From Macrostomum lignano (Eukaryota), in the NCBI GenBank assembly GCA_002269645.1, contig NIVC01000143.1, positions 657,153 to 721,152 of the forward strand: a stretch of DNA of 64,000 nucleotides. Reading direction: 5' to 3'. Position 1 is the stretch's first letter. Each line of letters begins with the position of its first letter. Positions 51,625 through 64,000 of this stretch are shown here, piece by piece. The position numbers were made by a program, and so were the translations under genes. The notes beneath the pieces are model-generated. The model was not told the DNA's origin, made no database searches, and worked only from the letters and a program-made list of their open reading frames with translations.

Positions 51625-51970
51625 CTGGTTCACACTGATTCACACTGGTCACTGGTTCACACTAGTCACTGGTTCACACTAGTCACTGGTTCACACTGGT
51701 CACTGGTTCACACTGTTCGTCACTGGTTCACACTGGTCACTGGTTCGCACTGGTCACTGGTTAGTTTACACTGGTCACTGGTTCACACTGATGGTCACTA
51801 GTTCGCACTGGTCATTGGTTCACACTGGTTACTGATTCACACTGTTCGTCACTGGTTCACACTGGTCACTGGTTCACACTGATGGTCACTAGTTCGCACT
51901 GGTCACTGGTTCACACTGGTTACTGATTCACACTGTTCGTCACTGGTTCACACTGGTCACTGGTTCACAG
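51625..51970. repeat. Modular CACTGGTTCA/CACTGGT tandem repeat
   Basis: Direct reading. Confidence 0.9.
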
Positions 51971-52914
51971 CCTTCAACTCAACCCATGCTTCATCGCCAA
52001 AAATAAGGTTTAGCAAGTCGTTAATAAATTACGAGTAAAAAAGTGACACGGTTGTGGCGTTATTGATTGAGGAAAATAAACAGATCTCTGCATGTGCTCT
52101 TTTAAATTAATTTTCTATAGAGTAAATTAATGAATAAGGACAATCAGAGCAAACTCTTATCTCTATCAAAAATCTAAGCGCGTTCAGGCCCAATGTGAAG
52201 AAAGCAAACATGTACAGCCAAGGTATTAGACTCGCAAGAGGCGTAACAGAGAGAGAGAAAGAGCTGGCTGCTGATGCTGCAGGCTTGAAGAAGCTGATGC
52301 AGGTGCCCTCCTTATTTCAGGATGGTTAGTGGCGTAGCCGGTTGATTTGCGAAATCCCCAGCTTTTTTGGAGCCCAAGGTCGCTCCCGTGACTCTCTCTC
52401 TCTCTCTGATTGGCCTCTGGTCTTCAGACGTCACTAGCATGTTTCTAAAAATAGAATTGTCACGTGGGGCACACGGGGAAGGTGAGGAAAAACGTGGATT
52501 CAGATTGTATTGACGCATTCAGATAGCTAGTGTTGCAAATCTGGGAGTCGAGTAGACAGGTTCAGCGAACAACAGAAGCAAAAGGCGAGAAAGATAGAGG
52601 AAAACAAGAAAATTCGGTTGCGAAACTAATTAACAGCGAATAAAATTATTATCCATATTAGGTAAAAAGCCGCACAAAAGAAGAGAAAGCTTCATAAAAT
52701 CGAAAGCATTTAAAATCTCGAATAAAACTTTGTACTGGAAAAACTGAAAGCCACCAAAGGTTAAGATTAAGCCTGTGCATTACAGAAAGTATAGGAATGG
52801 ATGATTCCTGCACGCCGATGAGTGTGTCAATGGCCATTGACGCACGAGTCGGCGTGTTGGAATCCCATTGTCGATTGACTATTAAGTTGCATCATAAATT
52901 TGAGTGAGTGCACA

Positions 52915-53070
52915 GAGAGGGGTCAAGGGGCGAAGCCCCCTTGTGGGGGTGTGGGGGCAGAGTCTCCAGAGAGGGTTAAGGGGGCGAAGCCCCTTGCGGG
53001 GTGTGGGGGCAGAGTCTCCAGAGAGGGGTTAAGGGGCGAAGCCCCTTGCGGGGTGTGGGGGCGGAGCCCC
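52915..53070. repeat. Three roughly 54-bp GC-rich units with GGGGCGAAGCCCC hairpins
   Basis: Direct reading. Confidence 0.85.
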
Positions 53071-53713
53071 TACATACTAACATTAAGAAGTTTTATCAAA
53101 ATGCTGCGCTTGTCAAAATAATTGACTAGCTCGTATGTGTGGCGGCCAGACTGTACGCGACCGGCAGCATCCGGTGCAGCCACACTGCAGCCTTTTTAGG
53201 GGTGTCAGACAGGCGCGGCTAAGGGTAGAAAATATTTTATGGCAGACGCAGCGAGGGCTTGGGGGGAGGTGGGTCTAGGACTCACGTGACTCACGATCGA
53301 TAATTAATGGCTGTGAAATGTACAGTAAGCGAGACGGCCTGAAGAAGTTCATCAAATTCCACGATAGTATACTGTCTACTGTCTATCTATCGGTCCTCAG
53401 TTCTTATCTCACAAATCAGTTCTCTAATCTCCTCAAACGCAATGCCAGTTTTACGAGCGTAAAAGGATCCCCCGCCTCTCTAACTTGCACGAATAAAACT
53501 TCGTGCAGGAATAAAATCTTGCACGCGTGGTCAATCGACAATGAATATGAGCACACAAGAGCACACATTGTCATAGTCATCACCCAAGCACTGAAAACCA
53601 GTTTTAACACAAGCGATACGACAATAAAACAAACTATGCTCGTATTATTTTATTTCAACAAATTTAAGTGCATCAAAACGAATCACAACGAATATGGGGC
53701 TAGAGGTTCCCAT

Positions 53714-55009
53714 TGGGGGTGTTCGGGTCGGCCATTTTTTCGGGAACCGGTACCCCTACCCCGAACCCCGTCCCGAACATTTCTTCCAACCCCGAACCCG
53801 AACCCGGTACCAAAACCCGACCCGACCCCGAACGTAACCCCGAAAATTTTCACGCTTATTTTGGTCAATCATTTTAATAAATTCAGTTTTCAGTTTTCAA
53901 TTTTTCAGTTTTCAGTTTTGAATTTCAGTTTTAAATTCAGTTTTATATATTGAGATGTGCCTTAACAGCTTCAACCACTTAGCCTTGTGGTTTTATTTCC
54001 CTTAGCTACTCTACAACTAGGAAAAGAAATATGAAACACTTCTTGCAATGGATTGGGATTGAGATGGAAGGAATACCAAGACCCAAGATCTAATAGTAAG
54101 ATACATGAAAGTTCGCAACTAAAATCAGGACCATTTCGTACTATACTTACAACGAAATTGCTTTCATAGTACATAGCTTTCATATTACATCTATGAGTTT
54201 ATTTAAGCTGCAAAAATAGAGTACAATAAAATTAGATTATACCCTGTAGTGTAGATATCAGTAGAGATAGAACTAGAGCGATAAAGAGATGGCACAGATA
54301 AAACAATGATACAATGAAACAGGAGAGTTAATCACAAATATATATTTATTTTTACTTTTGACTACAGTTAACAGTAAGTCAGTAGTGGTATAACAGAATT
54401 GCTATGTAAAAACTAAAGTGACGTCTTTACATAAAATTGTATGCTGATATGAGTAGGTAATCATTGTGATAATTGATTATTGGCGACTGATGCGTGGAGA
54501 ATAATAGTGTATTTATAAATTTTAAGCTTCCTCATCCAATCCAGAAGTTCAGACCATGTTACACGTAGCACATGTAAAATTATTACTGAGCGTAATTTTT
54601 TAAATCATCAACTGCAAGACTGAATGGGTCGAAAAACGACAATCGTTATTTACCAGAAAGTGTAAATGAATCCATGGTTCTATCTGCTATTTCCGTTTCA
54701 AATTGTATGTAAAATATAACTTAAGTTGTACCTGAAACTCAATGCATATCTTTTGCATTGTGGATTTTGCATGAGGAGTAAAAAGTGCTTGAAAATACTA
54801 TTGAGAATGATAATTGTTCAAAACCCCGAAAACCCGGTGGCCAAATCCGACCGAAACCCCGAACCCGGTACCCTTACCCCGAACCCCGAACCCGACCCGG
54901 AACACCTACCCCAAACCCCGAACCCGACCCGGAACACCTACCCGAACCCCGAACCCGGTACCAAAACCCGACCCGAAACCCGACCCGACCCGAACCCCGA
55001 ACACCCCTA
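53714..55009. mobile_element. Non-autonomous hAT-like element with CCCGAA-rich subterminal arrays
   Basis: TIR TGGGGGTGTTCGGG versus TAGGGGTGTTCGGG. 8-bp TSD GTTCCCAT/GTTCCAAT (53706-53713, 55010-55017). AT-rich non-coding interior. Confidence 0.8.
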
Positions 55010-55255
55010 GTTCCAATTAATTAATAGCGCCAAAGGTGCACGCCTTGCTGCTGTTTGCTCACAAGAGCAGTAGCTCTTGCTTGATGCTCAATCTTTTAAA
55101 GAGATCATTAATGAAGCATCACTACAAAACGTCAATTACGACGAATCATAATTTTGTATAGTCAGTTGGTTGCTTAAATCGTAGTTCTTTTTCAAGAATT
55201 GTTGTTGACAACTATTTCTGGGCTTGATTATGAAGCTGTCCGCTCGTACTGAGTT

Positions 55256-56250
55256 TCACACTCCAAAGAAAATTTTATTGATGGTTTCTTCCGGCAGATT
55301 CGTATTAGAAACGGCCACGGCTCTGACCAAACTTGCAGCATGTAGTTGCCGTTGTACCGCCAGCCCACGTGGACGCAGGCTCCGGCTTGGTTGAAGCTGT
55401 TCGTCCGAGCGAAGACGCCGGCAGTCGTAGAAACTTTGCTCCATAGAAGAAGCGAGTCAGGTTCTGCTGCCTCCTGAATGAGACGCCAGCGATGAAGAAC
55501 TCGTTCGGGTCCGAAGGCAGCACCGAGCCGGTCTGGAATCTGGCGAAGTAGCCCGGGTTCAGGAAGATTGCGCGACTCACTCCGGTCATCACTGAGTACT
55601 CAGCGAGGTGGTCGAGCATGCTGCCGGATCGATGCAGCTGCTCAGCTCCAGAAAGATTGCTTTACCTGGCGTTTCTTTAGGTGCAGCACCCAGGTGTAGG
55701 ACGCCGTGAAGTCCAGACCTGTGGGGTCGTCCACCCACAGCCGAGACGAGACTCCGTCCATGCGAGCGCCTTCGTTCGTCCACGAGACACCGCTGGACTT
55801 CATGGGGTTCCTTTGTCCCTCGGAGCCGCACACCATTCTCCAGCGCCGGTCCCCTGTCTCCGACCCACACAGCGCTGAAGTGCTCGTTCGCAGCGATCGC
55901 GTCGTACTCCGAGTCCACCAAGGTCTCGCAGATGCTCTCAGCGGCCACTCCGGCAGTCGTGTCGTCGAGGTCATGTTGAGCAGGTGGCACACCTCTCCGA
56001 AGCGGAACAGCGCGCACGAGGCGTCTCGCTTGTTCCGTTGCACAACGCCGACGCTGCCGAGACGGAGAGAGCGACTGGACGAGAAACAGTTGATCATTGA
56101 GGCCGAGGGCTGAGGCTTCTGCCACACCGCCAACGACAAGTTCAGGCACTTACGCTTTGACATTTTCAGCTTCGTGAATTGGGGGCTCTTTTGACCATTG
56201 CAGTCGAGTAGCAGGGCACTCAAAACTATTAAGAAGAAGACAGTATTCAT
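55256..56250 (-). pseudogene. Secreted PAN/LamG-like family copy 2 (several frameshifts)
   Basis: Signal peptide MNTVFFLIVLSALLLDCNGQ. Blocks nearly identical to 16649-17659 (SLRLGSVGVVQRNKRDASCALFRFGEVC, CETLVDSEYDAIAANEHFSAVWVG, LWVDDPTGLDFTASYTWVLHLK, RFQTGSVLP) are spread over different frames. Confidence 0.8.
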
Positions 56251-56449
56251 TACAAGTGTCTTTTTAAAGCTTTATACGAATGTTTGATTTTGCGTCTCAT
56301 GAAACTCAATTTCAAAATTCATTTATTATAGGGACGGAACTCAGGATTTTTTTGCTGAAAATGTTCCGATTGGCTGAGACAGTTTGCAGCTATTTGTAGA
56401 CCATGGACAGCTGAAGCACACAGCACTTCTGTTGTCCCTATAAATGAGA

Positions 56450-57325
56450 TGAGACGTGAGGGCAGGGGAGCTGGAGTGTGTGTTGCAATGGCAGAGGAGC
56501 TGGAGTTGTGTTGCAAGGGACAGGAGAGCTGGAGTGTGTGTTGCAAGGGACAGGAGAGCTGGAGTATGTGTTGCAAGGGACAGGAGAGCTGGAGTATGTG
56601 TTGCAAGGGACAGGAGAGCTGGAGTGTGTGTTGCAAGGGACAGGAGAGCTGGCAGTATGTGTTGCAAGGGACAGGAGAGCTGGAGTGTGTGTTGCAAGGG
56701 ACAGGAGAGCTGGAGTGTGTGTTGCAAAGGACAGGAGAGCTGAGTGTGTGTTGCAAGGGACAGGAGAGCTGCAGTGTGTGTTGCAAGGGACAGGAGAGCT
56801 GCAGTGTGTGTTGCAAGGACAGGAGAGCTGCAGTATGTGTTGCAAAGGACAGGAGAGCTGCAGTGTGTGTTGCAAGGACAGGAGAGCTGCAGTGTGTTGC
56901 AAAGGGACAGGAGAGCTGCAGTGTGTGTTGCAAAGGACAGGAGAGCTGCAGTATGTGTTGCAAAGGACAGGAGAGCTGCAGTATGTGTTGCAAAGGACAG
57001 GAGAGCTGCAGTATGTGTTGCAAGGGACAGGAGAGCTGCAGTATGTGTTGCAAAGGACAGGAGAGCTGCAGTGTGTGTTGCAAGGGACAGGAGAGCTGCA
57101 TGTGTGTTGCAAGGACAGGAGAGCTGCAGTGTGTGTTGCAAGGAACATGAGAGCTGCAGTGTGTGTTGCAAGGGACAGGAGAGCTGCAGTATGTGTTGCA
57201 AGGGACAGGAGAGCTGCAGTGTGTGTTGCAAGGGACAGGAGAGCTGCAGTGTGTGTTGCAAGGGACAGGAGAGCTGCAGTGTGTGTTGCAAGGAACATGA
57301 GAGCTGGAGTGTGTGTTGCAGAAAC
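56450..57325. repeat. 30-bp minisatellite, about 29 copies
   Basis: Unit GTGTGTGTTGCAAGGGACAGGAGAGCTGCA. Confidence 0.97.
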
Positions 57326-58149
57326 TCACCATAGAGTGGAGAGCAGAGCAGCCAGCAGCCACGAATTTTAAGAAGAAGATTAAAGAAATTGCCCGAGAGT
57401 TGGTGACGCGCCAGCGACCACCGACTGTTTCCCGGCATCAGACACGCGTTATCAGTCACAACGGAGCACAGCAATAATTTATTTATTCAAGCGTCAATTG
57501 TATTCTTGCCAAGACAGTTCTCTGGAAAACCTACAGAGATGCAACAGCTTGCGAAACTCTCACGGAAGCCACTCGCTTGCAGGAATGCAGGAGCAGAGGC
57601 ATGCATGAGTTGGGCTCACAAGCAAGATGCTGTGAAGCCTCATTGGCTTCTAACCCTCATCAAACATCCGCTGTGAAACCAAATTTGAGCCCAGCAGCTT
57701 CAAACGTAAAGACTTCGACGTTTTTTCGAAAATAAATTTTACCTAAAGCATTTTCAGAGAAAACTCAGCTCTAATGGGAAGCTAGAGTGCGTTGAAAATG
57801 ATTAATAAACACCTGCATAGGTTTAGCACTAGCCGGGATAATTTTTATTATATAATCTTGTATTTATAAAAAAATAACCTCGTTGCAGATCTCCGTTGCA
57901 GATCACTTAATCAGAACTGGGACTCCGGCAAACCGTGGCCATAACAGCAACGTTTTCAAAAACCATGTAGGTCTGGGTAATGCATGGGTACGGATACGCC
58001 AAAAGTTTTAGCAAAAAGCTGACTGCAAGCAAGAAACCGCTTAGTCACTCGCGACATTTTGTGCCCTATAAAGCCCCAAATTCAGGCCCTTAATGGCGCC
58101 GTGGTACTGATCCGAAGCCGGGATTTTCCATCTAACTAGTCCACGCTTA

Positions 58150-59510
58150 ACGCCAACTTGTCAACAACAACAATACGAGCAACAACACCAGTGGGAAGGC
58201 ACTCGTCTCCCCACCAAGAGAGAAGTCCGCTACATTGGCGTCTGGATAGACGATGGCCTTACCTTCAAGCGTCAGGGCCGAAGTTGTTTCGAAGATGCAC
58301 CGCCGATGCAGCATCCTCCGCGCCCTGGCCCCCAGAGAGTGGGGCTGGGACTGCAGCACCCTCCGCACTGTCTACAAGGCAGTCGTCGAGTCCGTCGCTT
58401 GGCATGCGGCCGCGGCTTGGATGCCTTGGCTGCCCAAAACGCCGTTTGGAGGAGCTGGAGCGAGCACAGCGAGAAGCCCTAAGACTTGTTACCGGCCTGC
58501 CAAAGTTAAACTCCTGTGCGGCTGTCTATAAGGAGGCAAATTGCGATCCTATTAGCGCCGAGGCCAAACAGAGAGCCCTCACCGCCATTGAAAAGTCCAA
58601 AAGAAGACGGTTAGACACCTGGCGCCAGATTTGCGAGCGCGAAACCGATGTCCGCCTCAAAGCTAACCGGGGACTCCGTGAGCAAGCCAGCAAAATTCTG
58701 GCCAACCTCCTCCCGTTCGAGAGGCTGCCGAACTCCTGGATTCGTGCGCCCCAGGGGAGGCGCTTAATGGCTTGAAGCGACTCCGCCTCTTCCCCGAGCT
58801 CCTCCGCCACTGCAGCAAGTCCGAAGACATCCAGGCCAGGCGTGACCTCATCGAGGAGATCCGCAGAAAGTGCCTTCCGGACACCTGCTACTACAACGAT
58901 GGATCAGCCACCAGCGGTACTCAGCTTGGCGGCGGCCTGGATACTGTACTGCAGCCGCCATGACCTGATCATTCGTTCGGGGCGTGCTGCGGCCTGCAGA
59001 TGGTGCAGCTCCTTTGTAGCTGAGCTCCGGACCCTTTGACTGGCCCTGGGCGACATATTAACGGAAGAACCGCCGAAAGCAACAATCCTGACTGACAGCC
59101 AGGCCGCCATCCGAGCCATCCAAGCCGACTGCACCACTACGAACAGCTCCTAGAACACTCAAGAATCTCATCCGACGTGCTATCGGGTCACAGCCATTAC
59201 CATCCAGTGGATCCCTGGGCACGTGGGCGTTAGCGGAAATGAGCTGGTCGACCTGGAGGCCAAGCGGGCCGCGCGCCTGCCTCAACAGCACATCCCCCTT
59301 GCGCTTGCTGCGTCCAAGAACCTACTGCGCAGGTCCGTCGGGTACCAGCCCGTCCTTGAGGGCCACCTGGAAGCAGTTTACTCGGGCGCATCACCTTCCA
59401 TGATGGCACCAGAAACCAGAAAGTCCTAGTCTCGCAGGTCCGCGCCACTGCTGGCCACTGCCCGGCGTCGGTCTACTACAAGAAGCGCATCGGGACGACA
59501 AACGATGCTC
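58150..59510 (+). mobile_element. Decayed RNase H-bearing LINE (I/Ingi-like) fragment: RT C-terminus plus RNase H
   Basis: VRYIGVWIDDGLTFK, LRTVYKAVVES, ALRLVTGLP, YYNDGS, SFVAEL, ILTDSQAAIRAI, IQWIPGHVGVSGNELVDLEAK, GHCPA. Several frameshifts. Confidence 0.88.
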
Positions 59511-59847
59511 CCCTGTCTCCGACCCACACAGCGCTGAAGTGCTCGTTCGCAGCGATCGCGTCGTACTCGAGTCCACCACGGTCTCGCAGGTGCTCTCAGC
59601 GGCCACTCCGGCAGTCGGTGTCATCGAGGTCAAGTTGAGCAGGTGGCACACCTCACCGAAGCGGAACAGCGCGCACGAGGCGTCTCGCTTATTCCGTTGC
59701 ACAACGCCGACGCTGCCGAGACGGAACGACCGACTCGACACGAAGCAGTGAGCAGGAAGGCGGAGGGTCGCGGCAGTTGCCACACCGACAGCGACAAGTT
59801 CAGACACCCCTGATTGACTTCTTTATATTTAGTAATGCTGGAGAACT
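59505..59847 (-). pseudogene. Secreted PAN/LamG-like family copy 3, central fragment (5' part at 63176-63251)
   Basis: CLNLSLSVWQ, CFVSSRSFRLGSVGVVQRNKRDASCALFRFGEVCHLLNLTS. The 3' part is lost at the junction with the LINE. Confidence 0.82.
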
Positions 59848-62800
59848 CCCGTCGAACTTTTCACCCGGAATTTCGCCCGGAATTTTTTGCGTTCACCCGG
59901 AATTTTTTCATATTCCAGTAATGCAATCCGATCCGGGTGGAAATTCCGGATCTGTAACGAAAGTTTACAGAATCCGGGCGAATTTTCCGGATCAAAAAGA
60001 AAAATTCCGGAAATTGACCCGGATCAATAAAAAATTCCGGCGGTGACAGTTCCGGGCGTCCGGGCGAGTGAACCGGATCTGCAGCCAAATCCGGGCTAAT
60101 TCCGGGCGAGTGAACCGGATTAGCACACAAATCCGGGCGAGGTGAACCGGATCAGCACACAAATCCGGGCTAATTCCGGCGAGAGTGAACCGGATCAGCA
60201 CACAATTCCGGGCGAGAGTGAACCGGATCAGCACACAATCCGGGCGAGTGAACCGGATCAGCACACAAATCCGGGCGAATTCCGCGGAGAGTGAACCGGA
60301 TTAGCACACGAATCCAGGTGAATTCTGGATGATTGAACCGGTTTTTCAGCCAAATCTTGGCTTATCACAGTAGCAGAAAATTAAATAAAGAACGGGTCAT
60401 TGTTCCATACATTTTCCACGACTACGAATAGAATCGAATTCGATTTAGCCGTCCACGAACAGAAATACTGAATTCAGTTGTGCACAACTGCAAATCGTAT
60501 ATTTCTATGCACTTCTACGTACTTTCAGAAACAAAAAATGCTGACCTTCTGAATGTCACTCGGATGGGCAGCTGGACTTCGATGCTACCATTAACTTTTT
60601 TGAAGCCGTATACGGTTTTATATACCTTATCGCGACATTGGCTGCTCTTCAGGGATCCCCATCGCCTACCTCTGATTGCATCTGTCAGGTGGGTCACTCA
60701 CTATACAGCTAATTAGCTAGTTAACTCAAGTCAGCTGACTTGTCTATTCACTTGCTTAAGAATTGTAAAGATCCGCAAAAATTAAGGAACGACTTTTGTC
60801 TCATTTTCCAGGACCTATCAGGGCTCATAAATGTAGACAGCCAATGTCTCGAAGAGCGTTTCTAATGAAATCGAATCCAGCAAATTTGGCCTTAACAAAA
60901 AGCTAGAAATTAATTGCAAATAAATGCGGTGGTGGTGTTATGCACTCGATCTTGGACATCGCCCGCATTTCACTCCTCGAGTAGCTCGCCGTCTGGAAAT
61001 ATATGTTTCCAGAAGTCGGCCCCTCATTTTCGGCAGCACTGGCGATTCGTCGCGCCTTCACCTGCGCCTTCTTTTGCCGCTCTGCGGCTGGCCGAGATTG
61101 AAAGAGCACTGCCTGGCTTCTCGCCACGGTCGTGTCGGATTCCGACGAGCTCGTAGCGGAGATACTTCCAACCGAAGAACTTCAGCTTTCATCTGACGAT
61201 TTTCGGCTTGAGCCTCCGACAGCTTTTCACGAACTCCGCTCAATTGATGGCCTATTAAGTACATAAAAATGAGGAGAGTGGCGAAGCAGATTCAAACTTA
61301 AGAATCGACAACACTTATATATATACGAGGCTGCTAACGTCTTCTAGTATATGCATAAAAAACTTACACAGTTCGTCCTCGGCTTCGCCTTGGGCCCGAA
61401 TCTGATCCATCATTGTGGTGCATGACGGGCATCGTGACGGCTGCGGTTGCTGCGACGGCACACGCGCCAAAGCAGTCGCTTCAATCGCTTGGCCTTTCTA
61501 TCCAAAGGCCCCTTCCAGAGAGTGGCGGAATACCGGGATCCGGTACTCTTGTTAGCAGCCGTGACAACGTGATCTGCTCACGGCTGGTGCACTGCAAACG
61601 CCTTAGACAAACCAATGGAGCATGCACCGACAAAAATCGGATTAGCGTCTGTCTTAATAGGAAAGCTGCTTTGCATACTGGGCCAGTTAGAGCTATTTGG
61701 AACTATGCCACAGTCTCCGTCTAGACACCCAGCTGTGCCAAACAATATGGTTGGCTGATTTTATGCTTCTAAAAGCGTCAAATATGACGATCGATAGAAT
61801 CATTCAGCCCGTTGACACACTAAGCAGCTGTGATAGACTACATGCCAGTGGAAGTCAAACCTCTTGCACGCAACAATTTTTCAATTGTCACCTTCAATTG
61901 TACGGAGGATGGGCTCAGCCTCACATTACGGACGCTACAGTGCCGCCGTAAAGCAGATAAGTTGTCTCATCAAAGCGAGGCTTTATTACCCTCGCAGGTG
62001 CGCAGGTCAGAAGCTTACGCGTCAGCTGCAGCTTGAGCCACAACAGAAGCGAGGATTGATTATCCATCGCAGGTCAGCTTATCAGCTGCCTTGAGCCACA
62101 ACAGAAGCGAGGATTGATTATCCATCGCAGGTCAGCTTATCAGCTGCCTTGAGCCACACGATATGGTTACCGACCATAGTAGTCCGTATAGACTACCTAG
62201 ACGTGATCTGCTCACGGCTGGTGCAACTGCAAACGCCTTAGACAAACCGCTGGAAGCATGTACCGACAAAAATCGGATTAGCGTCTATCCTAATAGGAAA
62301 GCTGCTTTGCATACTGGGCCAGTTAGAGCTATATGGAACCATGCCACAGTCTCCGTCTAGACACCCAGCTGTGCCAAACAATATGGTTGTCTGATTTTAT
62401 GCTTCTAAGCGTCAAATATGACGATAGAATCATTCAGACCGTTGACACACTAAGCAGCTGTGATAGACTACATGCCAGTGGAAGTCAAACCTCTCGCACA
62501 CAATCAGGGCGCAACAATTTTTCAATTGTTACCCGTACGGAGGATGGGCACAGCCGCACATTACGGACGCTACAGAGCCGCCGAAAAGCAGATCAATTCA
62601 CATTGCAATTTCGAGGCTTTATTACCCCTCGCTTTCCAAGAGGAATTAGCGCCGTTGACCGAATGGATGTCAGGGATTGCTGATGGGATAGCCATTTGCT
62701 GGGGTCTGTATTCAGCGGTTTTCCATCGGAGGCTTCCTCTCAAAATCCCCATGGTACTTGTATAATGGATGCCGGATTGATTCCGACTCAAGTCCCGAAA

Positions 62801-63175
62801 TTTTCCCGGATCAGCTTCGCCGGAATTTGGCTGAAATTCGGGTCAAGGGAGCTGATCCGGGTGAATTTTCTGGATCATTTGGTCCGGATCACTGGAGAAT
62901 TCGACTGAAGTCCCGAAATCTCACCCGGAACATTTTCACCTGGAACACTGCTGAAATTCGGGTGTACACCCAGAATTCCATAGTGTTCCGGTGAAAAATT
63001 CCGGAAAATCCAACCGGAACAGCTTTCCTTTTCCCGAAATTTTACCGGATCTTTTTCCGGAAAAAGGGGCTGTTCCGGGCCAAAAAAGCTGATCCGGGCG
63101 TTCACCCGGAAATCAATTAAAAATCGGGCCCGGATCAAAAATCCGGAAAAAATTCCGGGTGAAAAGTTCGACGGG
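59848..63175. mobile_element. Non-autonomous CMC/EnSpm-like TIR element, 3.3 kb
   Basis: 23-bp perfect TIR CCCGTCGAACTTTTCACCCGGAA, 2-bp TSD CT, about 400-500 bp subterminal CCGGA arrays at each end. Removing it rejoins the secreted-gene reading. Confidence 0.82.
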
Positions 63176-63251
63176 CTTTTGGCATTCGCAGCTGGTGCAG
63201 AAGACGGTCAGAGCTGCAGAACCGCCGCCAGGGCTGCCTCATGTTTAGCAT
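63176..63251 (-). pseudogene. Signal-peptide portion of secreted family copy 3
   Basis: ATG at 63251. With 1-bp shifts it reads as a hydrophobic stretch (AALAAVLQL, TVFC) then TSCECQK, matching GCDAQE and DCNGQK of copies 1 and 2. Confidence 0.6.
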
Positions 63252-63544
63252 GGCGGTTTGAAGATTATTTCAGTAACTATTCAGTAACTAAGGACTATTG
63301 GTAGTACGGTGAGGAACGGGTGCGGTTTTCGTTTTGGGAATCGTTTTTAAAGGTGAAATTGGCTCGACTCTGATTCGCTCTTAGACTTGTAGCAAATCTT
63401 GCGATTATTTTCACAATTTCGTCAGGCTATAATTTTTTATCATAAAACTAATTGGTAACAGTCTTTGTCCGTTAATTCGATAGTTCACCAGCATGCTGTC
63501 AATCTTCTATGCGAGATTAATGTCAGGGACTCAAATATAAACAC

Positions 63545-64000
63545 TTGCCGTCACAAGTTTGTCCGCACACGCGGAGATATTTTGTCGCACACGGAGATAT
63601 TTTGTCCGCACACGGAGATATTTTGTCCGCACACGGCACAGAATTTTGTCCGCACACGGAGATATTTTGTTCGCACGGAGATATTTTGTCCGCACACGGA
63701 GATATTTTGTCCGCACACGGAGATATTTTGTTCACACACGGAGATATTTTGTCCGCACACGGAGAAGTTTTGTCCGCACACGGAGATATTTTGTCCGCAC
63801 ACGGAGATATTTTGTCCGCACACGGAGATATTTTGTCCGCACACGGAGATATTTTGTTCCGCACACGGGATATTTTGTCCGCACACGGAGATATTTTGTC
63901 CGCACACGGAGATTTTGTCCGCACACGGAGATATTTTGTCCGCACATGGAGATATTTTGTCGCCACACGGAGATATTTTGTCCGCACACGGAGAATTTTG
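63545..64000. repeat. 21-bp minisatellite GCACACGGAGATATTTTGTCC, running off the window end
   Basis: Direct reading. Confidence 0.96.

Noticed and set aside
56319-57474. Cys-rich repeat proteins (CNTHCSSPVP)
   Set aside because: All six frames are open because of a 30-bp satellite; there is no signal peptide or splice context.
55256-59847. Programmed frameshifting as the explanation for the many 1-bp shifts
   Set aside because: The shifts are scattered, lack slippery sites, and also occur in nearby satellites, so decay or assembly error is more likely.

Overview
Eukaryotic (animal) genomic DNA. GC-rich, intron-poor coding islands, huge (TGTC)n/(TATC)n arrays and TTAGGG-type repeats suggest a free-living flatworm such as Macrostomum; this is inference only. 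Recognisable genes: a 3-exon DEG/ENaC channel (1828-3936 +) with an inverted decayed partial copy, an intronless kindlin (9140-11476 -), an orphan 142-aa ORF, an intronless GT32-type glycosyltransferase (20281-21486 +), a 7-exon EDRF1 (26771-50059 +) and an intronless alpha2delta/VWA-Cache gene nested antisense in EDRF1 intron 5 with one frameshift. An unrecognised secreted protein family (PAN/apple-like plus LamG-like) is present in three copies, one intact and two disrupted. The rest is dominated by mobile DNA: RTE-like and RNase H-bearing LINE fragments, a tRNA-derived SINE, a mariner remnant, and seven TIR elements whose ends and target-site duplications can be read directly (P-like with THAP, two foldback/MULE-like, two 8-bp-TSD elements, a TA-TSD Tc1/mariner-like, a 2-bp-TSD CMC/EnSpm-like), plus many minisatellites. 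The most unusual signals are (i) a TA-TSD transposon carrying a 64-bp copy of the 28S rRNA R2/I-PpoI target region that is conserved in both flanks but scrambled at the cut site, and (ii) a foldback element with a telomere-repeat core. Scattered 1-bp indels, especially after 55 kb, may be long-read assembly errors, so pseudogene calls are provisional.
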